A program made the position numbers and the translations under genes. DNA of 64,000 nucleotides. Origin: Antedon mediterranea (taxonomy: Eukaryota > Animalia > Echinodermata). The stretch covers positions 4,588,001 through 4,652,000 of the forward strand of contig NC_092680.1 in assembly GCF_964355755.1 (NCBI RefSeq), given 5' to 3'. The notes below the pieces were generated by a model. It was not told the DNA's origin. It did not search any database and saw only the letters and a program-made list of their open reading frames with translations. Shown in pieces: positions 12,366-26,298 of this stretch; position 1 is the stretch's first letter; every line of letters starts with the position of its first letter.

Positions 12366-12511
12366 AACAAGGCCATATACATGGCTGCAGTCGCGTGCTC
12401 AAATGTGAGCCGACTGACCATCCGACCGACCAACCGACCAACCAACCGACCAACCGACCGACTATCCGACCAACATAGTGAACTGTAGAGTCGCGTTGAA
12501 CGCGACTAAAA
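12366..12511 (+). mobile_element. Complete HINE/DINE-1-like non-autonomous Helentron; further copies at ~17958-18052, ~36449-36535, ~46150-46252, ~52655-52742
   Basis: 5' AACAAG, subterminal AGTCGCGTG, (CCGA/CCAA)n core and 3' hairpin AGTCGCGTTGAACGCGACT followed by an A run. Confidence 0.6.
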
Positions 12512-12639
12512 TATGATTTTCTGATACGTGTTGTTAGAATTTATAATTGTTTAAATTTAAATTGTTCTGAATCTGATTGAATCTTCATATTTCAATTATA
12601 GTGTATACATTGTAATGTTATAATAGAAGACCATATAAC

Positions 12640-15600
12640 ATGGAAAAAAAAGAACTGGATTACTTGAAAGGATATGCTGAATCCTACAAGCGAAGTTTCA
12701 ACTTGCGTGTATTAGCAGATGATACTGAGATTAAAGAAGCTTACAAAACTGCTCGAGAAAGAGGAAAGTTACCTTTTAACAGAACTAAGGTTCTTATTCT
12801 GGGTGATCATGCTGCCGGGAAAACGTCAACCTGCAGGCGTTTACAAGGAAAAGATTTTCGTCCAGAAGAACCTAGTACAATTGGAATAGAAACAAACACT
12901 GTTGAGACGAAAGTCAGTGATGTTAATAGTAAATGGTGTGAGGTGACAAACACTCCATTAGAAGACTATGAAAGTTCAGCAGCGTGGTGGACAGTATCTC
13001 GTGTGCTTAAACAGGCAAAAAGGTTGTCAAAGGCACGTAGTTCATCTGGCAATAAAACACAATTATTGATCCGAAAATTGTTGGAGGACACATATTATTT
13101 AATGTTGTATATTATCCCTTTTACTGTTATACTATGTTTTGGTGGGTTGACATTTGGGTTTGGGCCAGTCGTGTGGTTGTACATCTTTTGCATTATGGCA
13201 ATATGTGACGTCCACACTGCATATCGCTTTGGTTGTGGATATGCTATAATAATGGTACTTGTAGATAGAGCTACACAATTAAATGAACAGTTTACAAACC
13301 TACAAAACATAGATTTAAATACATGGATTTATGTCACTGTGGTTATGTTTGTTTGCATGTATGGAATTGGATCATTCCTCGTCGGCATACTTATGGGCAC
13401 AGGAGGTAGGACTGGTATCTGTTTGGCATTGTGTTTCATGGTACATCCAAATCAGACTGTTATTTCCATTGAAAGTTTTTTAGAAAAACTATCATTTCTT
13501 TACAATATCATATATTATCTTCAATTCACAATTTTTGCAGTTATTATAATTGTAATTTTCAGGAGCGTTCACACACAAATATTTTCACTTAATCGACGAA
13601 AGTTTATTATTGTGATAATAATTAACAACGTTTGTATCATTACAGCAATATACTTAGGAAGGAACTATTTTGTTGAAATTTTTGTTTTATTTTGCTTCAT
13701 TGCAATTGTCTTTTCAATCATGTGTGGGGTTATATTAGGAAGAAAGATGGTAGCTTATGGCTATACACCTGGAAATTACTTTGTAAAGAAATCAGCAGGG
13801 TTTATTGCTGGAATATTTTTAGCAAAAGTATGTGGTTGGAAATTTGGAAGGAGTGTGTCAAATTTAAAAGATGGTCATAACCTTTCCAAGTCACAGTATA
13901 ATATATTTGACTTGATTTTATTTTTTGCCCCAATTACTGGTTTTATCATCTACGAATGGCATTCTTATATGAAAGTAAAAACTACGTCATCAATACCAAT
14001 AGTGCATATCAGAAAGTCAATGGAAGCAGATATGCGAAACGAATGTTACATTGATGCCAGACTAAGTTTATGGGATTTTGCAGGACAAGAAATGTACTAT
14101 AATACACACCATCTTTTTATGCCAAAGCAAGGCGTATACTTGGTTGTTTTTAACGCTGTAGAAGCGATTTCTAATCCTGGTAGACACATTAAACGGCTAC
14201 AATTCTGGTTACAATCTATTGCTATGCATGTTGATATTGAGAATGTTGTAGTGTTTCTTGTAGGAACAAGGAGAGAAAGTGTACGTGATGAAAATGCGTT
14301 TTCTACTTTTGGGAAATTTGTAACTGCACATCTTTACAAAAGATTTTCAAGATTACTTGCTTTTCATCCAAGTGGACGACTTTGCTTTTTTATTGAAAAC
14401 TCATTTAATGTTGATTATGAGCTTTTCCTTTTGCGAGAAAGTATATATAATGAAGTTATGAAATTGAGATACTTTCGTGAACAATTTTCTGTAAAATACC
14501 TATTATTTAAAGAAACATTAAATGGATTTCGTCATAGACAGTGCGTTATTGCGAGTATAAAAGATATTGAAAACGAATTATTGTTAATAAGTACAAACTT
14601 TGTGAAATATGAGGTGCGTCAACTTCTGAATTTCTTTGATAAATCTGGAGATATCATATACAATGAACTTGATGAACTACTTCAGAATTATGTTGTTTGT
14701 GATCCTCAGGTATTAGTAGACATTCTGACATTATTAGTGAATGTACCTGAACCACACAGAAGAAACAGAGCCGTTTCTGATCTTTGGCAGAGATTACTGG
14801 AAACAGGAGTTGTAGACAGTAGACTATTGGAACACATTTGCCGAATGAAAGGAATTTGGAGAGTTTATCCTTATGTTATTCGGTACTTGGTCGGAACACA
14901 GTTGATGTTTCCACTTACAATAACTAACCGAGTTGATCAAGTTGGGACATTTTGTCTTCCTTGCAAATTGCCTAAAATTGAGTTGCAACCACGTGAATTT
15001 AATTATAGTCATCATATTTCTGATATGTTTTATTTTGATTTTGGTGAAGTTTTACTAGAATTTATATTTCTTCGAATTATTGCAAAATGCTGTCAAGTGT
15101 TTGATTGGAGAAGGATCTATTATAACTGTGCGCATTTCAGAGCAAGTGAAACATGTTTTTTTCAAATAAACTCTGAGACAATTTGTGCAGATAGTATATA
15201 TGTATATGATAGAAATCTATTAAAACTGTCAGTGTCTAAAGTAATCCCGAGTGAATCAGTTAATATCTTACGGAAAATGCATACTTTCATTGAAGAAATA
15301 ATCCTACAAACATTTAATCCAGATTATTTTCACGATCAGTATCTTTTTGGTCCATTATGTGAAAGATGTAGTTCTTTGGATGGAACGATGTGTTTGGTGA
15401 ATCTTTTTGGCTTAAGTAACAATGTCTCCACATTGAATGAATACAAAGTAGATGAATATCACACAGTTTATTCTAAATCAAAGGTAACTGTTTAGTACTT
15501 ATATAGAATATATACTAAAATAGAATTTTGCTAAATATAATAATTGCTGTGTTTGGCAAAATATAATTTTTGTTTTTCTTTGTTTGTTAGCACTATAGCA

Positions 15601-16166
15601 TTTACTTTTTAAGATATCGTCCTACATTTTTTGTGGTTGTTAATAAGTATATACTTATTCAAATCTGACTTACCTGTTTATTTCACACGAGATATCAAAT
15701 AGCACACCCTCTGTATTCTTTTAATATGAGCCGAAATAATAAGCAGGTCATTTACTAGGCAGACCAATACAAAAATAGATTACTGAGACAAATAATAAAA
15801 AAATAATAGTACGAATAATAATAATAATATAAATTATTCTTATTATTCTGTGGCAATATTTTGCAAATACTTATGTATGTAGGCCTTATTTGTTATTAAA
15901 TGTGTATTCTTTTAACATGGCCTGAAATATCAACATGTGGCAATATTTTGCCAAGTACTTCACTCAGTTTCTGAGTGCTTTCTTTTTATATTGGTTGTAC
16001 TTTGAATTTTTTTCTTCAATTACCTATATTAGAATACAGTATAAAATGCGTACATATAGATGGTAATAATCTGTTATTATGTATACTAACTTATCATTTT
16101 TAATTTATTTTGCAGTTCAGTTTAACCTGCAGTAGACCAATAACCATCACCCAGACAACTGTTTGA
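12640..16166 (+). CDS. R2: TM-Roc-COR paralog (~964 aa); exons 12640-15483 and 16116-16166
   Basis: Same motifs as R1 (P-loop GDHAAGKTS). Donor AAG|GTAAC at 15483, acceptor TTTGCAG at 16115; last exon FSLTCSRPITITQTTV*. Confidence 0.88.
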
Positions 16167-16223
16167 TATTAAGTTTACTACAATACTTTACAAATTAAGC
16201 AAAAAGTGTTATGATATAAATAA

Positions 16224-17055
16224 TACGATAATTGTTTTTGATAGCTGAAAACCGGTTGAACAGCTCGAGTACAGAATAGGCCGATTTTCTTTAAAAAATA
16301 GTATTTTGATAGATTTAATATTATGTTTATATAAAATAATGTATTGATTTGCGATGAATGGAACATTCCAATCAGTGATTTAACACAAGTAGGTAAACTG
16401 TTGGGTCCTTGTGGATAAACCTAAAACCTTTAGATATAGTATTGCAATACTTTGACAATACTGTAAATATGTATTAACCATTTTTGGTCGCCATTTGAAT
16501 CTCAAATTTCTTACTGTTAGTGTGGATAATAAATATATAAAAACATATACAAATAAATATTTTTTTACTGTGAGTGTGGGTAGGCCCTACTGTTAGTTAT
16601 ATAAAAAATTATAAATAAATAAATAAACTTTATTACCGACAGTTCTCAACGTTTGTATTAATTAATAATTATAAAAATATAAACGTCGTATAGTAGTGGT
16701 GTATCGTTACATGTAGTTTACTATTTCAATCGACTATGACAGTAACAGTTTTAACAAAGTATTTCAAACATATTTCGTTACTAATTGGATAAAGAATATA
16801 TTTAAAAATTTCCTCTCTTTGTACTTCTCTTCCCCATCTCTCAACCCTAATGTTATATACAAAACACAAATTGGGTTTGTTTAAATGAGTCCACATCAAA
16901 CATTTTGACTCATTTTGTGACAAGTTTCCAGGGTACTAATTTTAGTTGACTACATACATCATCGTGTCTATTTATTCGTTTCTGTAAACGACAATGTATT
17001 ATATTCCTGCGGTACGTACTTTTAAAAAAAAAAACCGATTTTTTACGCTGAAATC
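16224..17055 (+). mobile_element. Internal fragment of the non-autonomous Helitron family
   Basis: Colinear with ~23939-24932 (tacgataattgttttt..agctgaaaaccggttgaa through cctgcggtacgt); lacks both termini. Confidence 0.75.
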
Positions 17056-17162
17056 AACACACGTTTGAACGATATCAGTATTGTTAGTGTGCAGATAATA
17101 TGATTCAATAATTATAATCTAGTATGTTTTGGTAAATTTCAATCGTGTAAACATTGCCTTAT

Positions 17163-17196
17163 ATAGCCGCATTTATAACGTTATAAATGCGGCTAT
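17163..17196. repeat. Perfect 34-bp palindrome
   Basis: ATAGCCGCATTTATAAC|GTTATAAATGCGGCTAT. Confidence 0.9.
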
Positions 17197-18549
17197 TAAT
17201 TAATTTATATTATTAACAATAATATTCGAGTAAGTACTCCGTTAACTTGTAGCTTTACAAAAACGAAATTTGTCATCTATAATAATAATTTAATCAACTC
17301 AATAATTAATATGTGTTTCACCAATATTTAATATCAAATATTCATAAAAAAAAAAAAATTTCTAATTCCTTTTTTTTTTCTAATTGATTTTTCTGTCCAA
17401 TACCTTTTTTATAAACATAATTAATAATTGTTATAAACACCGAAGTGGATTCTTCTCATTTTATGGGAATTTTGATGGTCACGTGGTATTCAATAATAAA
17501 AGTGGTGAATATTTCATGAGTTGAAAGATTGACTAGGAATATGTTTCGGTTGTTGATAATTCACATAGAGGTGTGTTAAAAAACAAAGAATTCATGTTTT
17601 ACATTCGTTGAATTCAATCAAAAAATTGACTACTCGAATAGAGCAGTCACTTTTTTCAACTCATGAAATATTCTTACTATCCATCTCATAAGCATTTTGT
17701 TATAAACTTTATCAAATTTATATTACTATTGATAAATGTTTTCTTTTAGTTGTATTTTCCACTGTGATTGTTTATTATTATTTATATATAGATATTCTTG
17801 TTTTATATTTATTTGAGCTTGATTGTCAATATGCTGTGTTGGGTCAATGGTAAAGGTTAAATTTTAAAAAAGGTAAATAAATAAGATTTTGTTAACTAAT
17901 ATTGTTACGCGATTTGTTTTTTAAGAAGGTAAAAGATGGAATGTATATCAAATGGTTAACAAGGCCATATTCATGGCTGCAGTCGCGTGCTCAAATTTGA
18001 GTTTGAGTGTTTACCGACCAGCCGACCGACCGACCAACCGACCGACATAGTGACGAAAATGACGAAAACGTAAAATTAAACAGAAAAAGTAAAATATCAT
18101 TCTATACCCATTATATGGTATTTTTTATTTAGCTAAATATTTAAAAAATAGGTCTACTTAATTAATTCCATTGTTCTCTAAAAGTTCAAAATAAAACAAA
18201 TTTGATCTGAAACTGTGGGATTTAACTATTCTGTGATATTCACATTGCTACAAAGATAACCATATACGGTATACCTATTAGAACAATCTTCGGGTAAGTG
18301 TGTTCAGACTCCAGATAAATACGTTACGTTAAAAGGCAGCGATTCACACACACCCAACATACGTTACCTACAGGGGTTACCTAGTAGGTTACTCAATCCC
18401 AAAAATTAAGACAATTAGATTTAGAAGCACGTATATTCCATTAACTAATTTATTTGAAACCTCATACCACTACAAATTGTTATGTTGATTTCATTCATTC
18501 AACCATTTCGAGAGTCGCTATCTAATCGAGTTTGAACAATACCATGAAA

Positions 18550-18621
18550 GCCCCAGTGGTCTAATGGTTAGGGCAACTGCATATCAAGCAGACGGTCCGA
18601 GTTCGAGTCTTGGTTGGGGCG
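18550..18621 (+). tRNA. tRNA-like sequence (anticodon ATC, Asp-like), degenerate copy; probably SINE- or repeat-derived
   Basis: A box TGGTCTAATGG, B box GTTCGAGTC, acceptor GCCCCAG/TTGGGGC; one mismatch in the anticodon stem; lies in a 262-bp tandem unit ending in (TA)n. Confidence 0.45.
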
Positions 18622-18811
18622 ACTTTTTCTCATTCTCACAGATTTCCTCATCTTTATCGTTTCAAATTAATTAATTAAATTTCAGTATATCACCGGGCGG
18701 TTTAGAATTAATGTTCTTTGCCTACTGTGTTTATATATATATATATATACCGTACCACGCCGAGAATGTTAAAGAGTCGCTATCCAATCGAGTTCAAACA
18801 ATACCGTGAAA

Positions 18812-18883
18812 GCCCCAGTGGTCTAACGGTTAGGACATCTGCATATCAAGCAGGCGGTCCGAGTTCGAGTCTCGGTTGGGGCG
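18812..18883 (+). tRNA. tRNA-like sequence folding as a full 72-nt cloverleaf with anticodon ATC (atypical Asp); tRNA pseudogene or SINE head
   Basis: Stems GCCCCAG/TTGGGGC, GTCT/GGAC, TCTGC/GCAGG and CCGAG/CTCGG; loop ATATCAA; T-run terminator immediately downstream. Confidence 0.55.
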
Positions 18884-18993
18884 ACTTTTTCTCATTCTCA
18901 CAGATTTCCTCATCTTTATCGTTTCAAATTAATTAATTAAATTTCAGTATATTACCGGGCGGTTTAGAATTAATGTTCTATGCCTGATTTGTT

Positions 18994-19030
<37 letters not shown>

Positions 19031-19351
19031 GGAAAAACCAATAATACAAAAATTGTTTAATGCATCATGCATGGATGACGTATTTTGCTATGGTCCGTGT
19101 ATTTTGTATGGTTAGTGTTATTCTCATCAATTTGAAAACGATACAATACAATGAAGGACAATGCATACTTATAATAATAAAGTATTTTTCATATTGCTAA
19201 GCTACGGGGAATTTTGTGCTGTTCTTTATTAAACAATTACAAATTTTAAAAAGCCATTCGTGTTTTTGAGTCACGAAGACAAATAATGAAAACATTTTGA
19301 ATCAAATCTTAGATCGCAAAAATCGGTAAGTGGATAATCGCAAATAGTGGA

Positions 19352-22300
19352 ATGGATAAACAAGGTTTAAATTACTTGAATGGATATAGTGAATCTTTCA
19401 AGCGAAGTTTTAACTTGCGAGTTTTAGCAGATGATACCGAGATTAAAAATACTTACAAAACTGCCGAGGAACAAGGAAAAGTACCTTTTAAAAGAACTAA
19501 GGTTCTTATTTTGGGTGATTATGGTGCCGGAAAAACATCGACTTGCAGGCGTTTACAAGGAAAAGATTTTCGACCAGAAGAGCCTAGTACAATTGGAATA
19601 GAAACAAACACCGTTGAGGCGAAAGTCAGTGATGTTAATAGTAAATGGTGTGAGGTGACAAACACTCCACTAGAAGATTATGAAAGTTCAGCAGCATGGT
19701 GGACAGTATCACGTGTGCTCAAACAGGGCAAACATAAGGTGCCGAATGCTCGTGGTTTGTCTGATAACAATAAACGAGTATCGATCAGAAAAGTACTGGA
19801 AGACACATGTTATTTAATGTTGTATATCATTCCTTTTACTGCTATACTATGTTTCGGTGGGCTTACATTCGGTTTTGGGCCAGTCGTGTGGTTATACACC
19901 GGTAGCATTATGGCAATATGTGATGTTCACACTGCTTATCGCTTTGGTTGTGGATTCTCTGTATGGATGGTACTCGTAGATAGTGTAACAACACTAAATG
20001 AACAATTCGAAAATGTACAAAGCATAGACTTATGGATTTACACAACAGCTGTTAGGGTTGTTTGCATGTATGGAATTGGTTCGTTCCTTATTGGTGTGCT
20101 TGTCAGTGCAGGTAGTAGGACTGGTATCTGTGTAGCATTGTGCTTTATGGTACATCCAAGACAAACTTCAATTGAAGACTTTTTAGAAAAACTGTCTTTT
20201 ATTGAAAATATAGTTTACTTTAAATTTGTAATTTCTGTCTGTATCATAACAGCAATATTTAGGAGCATTCACACCAAAATATTGCCACTTAGTCGAAGGA
20301 AGTTGATTATTATATTAATGATTAACTTAATTTGTATCATTACAGCAATATATTATTTCGGAAGTAATAATTTTGTCGAAATTTGCATTTCATTTTGCTT
20401 TATTGCGATTGCTTTTTCTATAACCTGTGGAATTATATTAGGAAGAACAATTGTAGCTTATGGGTATGTGCCTGAAAATTACTTTATTAAGAAATCTTTT
20501 GGGTTTTTAGCTGGGATATGTTTAGCCACACTGTGTGGTTGGGAATTTGAAAATGTAAAGAATTTAATTATTTTAAATGATGGCCATAGCCATTCAACGT
20601 CAAAGTATTTATTTAACTTGTTTCTATTTTTTGCGCCAATTACTGGGTTTATTATCTACGAGTTATTATCTTATGTTAAAGTAAAAACTACATCATTAAT
20701 ACCATTAAAGCAAATAAGGAAATCAATTAAAGCAGAAGTGCGTAACGAATGTTACATAGATGCCAGACTAAGTTTATGGGATTTTGCAGGACAACAAATG
20801 TACTATAATACACACCATCTGTTTATGCCAAAGCAAGGCGTATACTTGGTTGTTTTCAACGCTGTAGAAGCGATTTCTAATCCCGATAGACACATTAAAC
20901 GGCTACAATTCTGGTTACAATCTATTGCTATGCATGTTGATATTGAGAATGTTGTAGTGTTTCTTGTAGGAACAAGAAGAGAAAGTGTACGTGATGGAAA
21001 TGCGTTTTCTACTTTTGATAAATTTGTAAATGCACATATTTATAAAAGGTTTTCAAGATTGATTGCTTTTCATCCAAGTGGACGACTTTGCTTTTTTATT
21101 GAAAACTCATTTAATGTTGATAAGGAGCTTTACCTTTTGCGAGAAAGTATATATAATGAAGTTACAAAATTGAGATACTTTCTTGAAAAATGTTCTGTAA
21201 AATATCTACGATTTAAAGAAACGATAACTGGATTTTGTCATAGACAGTGCGTTATTGCGAGTATCAAAGATATTGAAAACGAATTGTTGTTAACAAGTAC
21301 CAACTTTGTGAAATATGAGGTGCGTCAACTTCTGAATTTCTTTAATAAATCTGGAGACATTATTTACAATGAACTTGATGAAGTACTTCACAATTATGCT
21401 GTTTGTGATCCTCAGGTATTAATAGACATTCTTACAGTATTAGTGAATGTACCTGAACCACACAAAAGAAACAAAGCCGTGTCTGATCTTTGGCAGAGAT
21501 TACAAGAAACTGGGATTGTTGATAGTAGACTGATGGAACACATTTGCCAAGACAAAAGAATTTGGAGAGTCTATCCTTTAGTAATTAAGTACTTGGTGGG
21601 AACACAGTTGATGATTCCAATTAAAATAACTAATCAAGTTGATCAAGTTGGAACATTTTGTATTCCTTGCAGATTGCCCAAAATTGATTTGGAAAAATTT
21701 GAATTTAATTATAGTGAACATATTTCTGACGTATTTTATTTCGATTTTGGTGAAGTTCTACAAGAATTTATATTTCTTCGACTTCTTGCAAAATGCTGCC
21801 AGGAGAAAGAGTTTGATTGGGTTAAGATATATTACAACTGTGCCCAATTCAGAGCGAGTGAAACATGTTTGTTTCAAATAAACTCTAAAACAATTTCTTC
21901 GGGCAGTGTTTTGTTATATGATAGAAATCTCATCAAACTGTCAGTGTCTAAAGAAATCCCGAGTCAATCAGTTAATATATTACAGAAACTGCACACTTTC
22001 ATTGAAGAAATAATTTTACAGACATTTAATCAGGATTACTTTCGTGATCAGTATGTTTGTGGTCCAGTATGTGAAATATGTAGTTCATTGAATGGAACGA
22101 TGTGTTTGGTGAATCTTGCTTCATTAAGTAACGATGTATCTGCATTGAAGGAATACAGGGTAGATCAATACCACACAGTTTATCGTGAAGGAAAGGTAAT
22201 TTGGTTTTATGATTTTTCTATTAGCAATGAAAATTTAAAGCCATATTTCATTGAATCAATTATATTGTATAATTCATTGTGTATACAAAGGTAAAACAAT

Positions 22301-22389
22301 AATTCATTAATTTTTATTTTATACTAATTTGATTTTTAAATGCTTTAATTTTCCAGTTTTCTTTAAGGTGTAGTCGACCAATAACCTAG
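19352..22389 (+). CDS. R3: divergent TM-Roc-COR paralog (~958 aa); exons 19352-22195 and 22357-22389
   Basis: GDYGAGKTS, STIGIE, WDFAGQQMYY and COR motifs. Donor AAG|GTAAT, acceptor TTCCAG|TTT; last exon FSLRCSRPIT*. Confidence 0.86.
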
Positions 22390-23631
22390 GCAATAATAAT
22401 CTCGTACCGCAGAAAGTGAACTCATACCACTGTTTTAAATGCATGTTATCTTGTATGCGGTCAGTATTTATGTATTTATGTCTTTATTTATTTATTTAAC
22501 AACATATTTATACAGGATTATACACAATCAAATATAAATATACTTGTTTTGCATTGTAGTCCTGTCGTCAGTTATACCATATGTAATATAAATCCAAAGG
22601 CAAATACTGAAAAAATGACAATGCTGTGGGTATCAATAGAGATACAAAATAAAACAAGCAAAAAGATAAATAAAACAGCAACGGCAACACTAGCCCTTCT
22701 TCAATGCAAGTGAGAGTCCTTGGACAAAATTGGGAATATGAAGAAGACAGGCGCTGCATGAGTGGACTGGGATGAAAATAAGAACAAAGGAAGCACAGGC
22801 TGGTGGTGGTGGTGGTGGTGGTGGAGAGAGCAAGATGTTATTCAATATAGTTATTTTTATACGTAATTTTTTTTTTATTGGTTATCAATATTATCTTGTA
22901 GGTAAATGGATTCATTTTGCACCATATTCTGATTTTCATTACACATGACTTTCACCTTGAAAATTAGGATAGTAAAATAGTTTGAACATCACCAATTATT
23001 TATTTTTAAACTAACAATTATTTATTCAAATAAAACTGAAAATTAACAATTAAATACAATTAGATTAATTGTAATTATATGTATAATAATGTAAACTGGT
23101 TTTTTTTTTTGGTGTATTTATATATTTTTCTCACTTTGTCTTTGTGTTTTACCTTTTCCACTTCTCACGATATTAAATATATGGCCCCAATTGGATAAAT
23201 CGGCCAAATAATTGTCGACTTAATGAATAGCTTACTCAATGGATATGAAATAAACTGAATACAGACCGATATTGTTTATTTAACAAATACTATAGTACTT
23301 TGAAGGTACGAAATACATAAAAAGATATTGAGAGTAGACCTTTGAATTTATTGAAAACGTCCAATGAAATCGAATAGAAATAGAATTAATTTCAAGAAAA
23401 TAATTATGCAATGAAAAAAGGAATATCTCCATTCGTGAACATCTTTCAAATGTACCTGATCTCGGAATATTGTGAGTAATACTAATATTTTTAAAACGAT
23501 AACCATTCTGCTGTAGACGCGGAACTGTTTCGCCTATTCAAAACTATAGCAATAGAGGCTATTATAAACTGAATTAACAAACGCAGCAGCATATTTTGGC
23601 ACCAGAAAACTTACATAAAGTGTAGTTTTTA

Positions 23632-25002
23632 TCTATATATAAATTTACGTAAGGGCAAAATTCGATAAATCGCGGTTTATTTCTAGAATTTTTACTCGAT
23701 GGTATATAAAGTTGGTTCGTACTTTTGGTACTGATTTTAACCACCTGATGTAACCCTGTTTACTAATTAAATTGAGTTAGATAATTAGTTATTGACGATT
23801 AAAACGAATTTAGGTTCAACGATTTGCCCCAAATAGGGGTGTTTTCCGGTCGTGGTATACACTGTCAAATGGATGTCCAACTTGAAAAATACCCGCACAC
23901 AATAATACGAGGACGCTTCGCATTTTCCTATCTCCTCCTACGATAATTGTTTTTAATAGCTGAAAACCGGTTGAACTGCTCGAGAACAGCATCATAATGT
24001 TGAAGACAGGCCGATTTTCTTTAAAAATACTATTTTGATAGATTTAATTTACGTTTTTACAAATGTATATTTGCGATGAATGGAACATTCCAATCTCTCA
24101 GTCTGCCAGTTTGGTTTAACACAAGTAGGTAAATTTATGAGCCCTTGGAGAATAAACTTGCAATACTTTGACAATACAGTACTGCAAATACCTATTAACC
24201 ATTTTTGGTCGTCATTTGAATCGAACATTTCTTACTGTGAATACCGTACTGTTAGATGTAAACAAATATATACAAACATTTCTTTACTGTGAATACTGTT
24301 AGATGTAAACAAATATATACAAACATTTCTTTACTGTGAATACTGTTAGATGTAAAAAAATATATACAAACAAATACACTTTATTACTGTGATTATGGGT
24401 AGGCTCTACTGTTAGATATATAAACACGTAATATACAAATAAACTTTATTACTGACAGTTGCATCTCAACGTTTGCATTAATTAATAATTACAAAAAATA
24501 TAAACGTCGTAGTGGTGTATCGTTACATGTACTTTACTATTTCAATCGACTATGACAGTGACAGTTTTAACAAAGTATTAAATCGCAAATGTTTTACTAT
24601 ATTTAGTCACCGTTAGTGGTATATTATTTATAGGCCTATAAAAAATGAAAACAATATTTCGTTACTGACGTGGATAAAGAATATATTAAAAAATTGTTCC
24701 TCTTTGTACCTATCCTCTTTCCCATCCCTCAACCCTAATTGGGTTTCTTTAAATGAATAAACAATTTGGACTCATTTTGTGGTAAGTTTCTCTTTCGGAA
24801 GTAATTCCCAGGGTGCTAATTTTGGTTGACTACATAAATCATCGTGTCTACTTATTCGTTTCTGTAAACGACAATGTATTATAGTCCTGCGGTACGTGCA
24901 CTTAAAATCGCCAGATTTTTTACCCTGAAATTACTGTGTATTCGAGAACCATCTGTGGGCACGACCTAGATGGTACGCGAGCGAAGCGAGCGTACCATCT
25001 AG
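23632..25002 (+). mobile_element. Non-autonomous Helitron (~1.37 kb)
   Basis: A|TCTATATAT 5' end; 3' hairpin CTAGATGGTACGCGAGCGAAGCGAGCGTACCATCTAG|T; inserted between A and T with no TSD; homologous to the inverted copy at 41541-43087. Confidence 0.85.
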
Positions 25003-26298
25003 TCTTTATAATTCATACTGTGTTTTATCATTTTGTATTCTACCTTTCCTAAAAGACGCAATATTAATGAAACATGAAGTAAATTTACCTGCGGTTTTGA
25101 GCGCATCATGTAACTTCACTTATTGCTACAATACATGTTAAATCTAATGTATTTACTAAAATTGCCAGTTCAATCAGAATAAAAGGACGTTCACTTTATG
25201 TATTCACTCTAATAGTCAATTGGCATCTTCCATTATATAAGGGGTCAGTCTTTATGATAGCATAAAACCTTTCGAATTTTGGCATTTTTCACAATGGATG
25301 ATTCAGTTTATTTTAAGCAAATCGTCACAAGGAAAGAATTTAAGGTTTCTGTGAATATTTAGCCTTTTCTTATAACGAATTATAACCATGGTAACCAGAG
25401 TAAACAAAATTAAACACTGTAGGTTGAGTAGGTAAACATTTTTCAGTGGAAGTCATATCCCAGGGGGTATTAGGTATGTTCTGGTTGGGAGGTTGATGGT
25501 AGGCCTACTATATACATTTTTTTTATTGCCCAAGAGATTCAAACATTGATAAAACAATAAACACCACCTGGTACATACAGTATGAAATCAGGGACTGCTG
25601 ACTCTTGTAGTTACAGTAATCTTTCCCTGACCAATTTATCTCTGTATATTTTATCTTATGGTTTGTGGGTCAAATAAATAAATAAATGATGAAATCAGAG
25701 ACTGACATAAATTAGAGATAGTTGTGAAATCATCAGATCGATATCATAAAATGAGAAGTTTCTGATACCGGACTTATACATAAATATAAATTGCATCATG
25801 AGTATGATATCATAGTACGAGATATTTTTGATGGTATCTTGTTTATATCATGTCTTGACTTTTTTTAATCATTATTTTCATTTATATTTATAAATATTTG
25901 CATGTCATTGTATTTTAATGTGAGCGATTGTGCTTTCTTGAATTTCCGCAAGGACCAAATAAATCTGAATGTGAATCTGAAACCAGGAAGTCGCAAAGTA
26001 GGCCTACAGTAATGACTCACCGACCCGGAACCGCGTACGGCTGAACATAGTCTACCGCCAGTTTTCCATTGTGCTCGATGTCGTCAACAATAAACATCAT
26101 TTATATTTATAGATACAGATCAAGGGATCTGGACAATACAATAGTAACACTGTAAGTATGGAGATATCACCCGATCCTTGATCAGATATAGTAGAAGGAA
26201 CTACTAAATGTTAAATTTAACACTTGACAAGTGATATTGACAATTATCTTATATAGCATAAGAGTTGATGCTACTCAGCCAAGTTATATTCCAATAAG

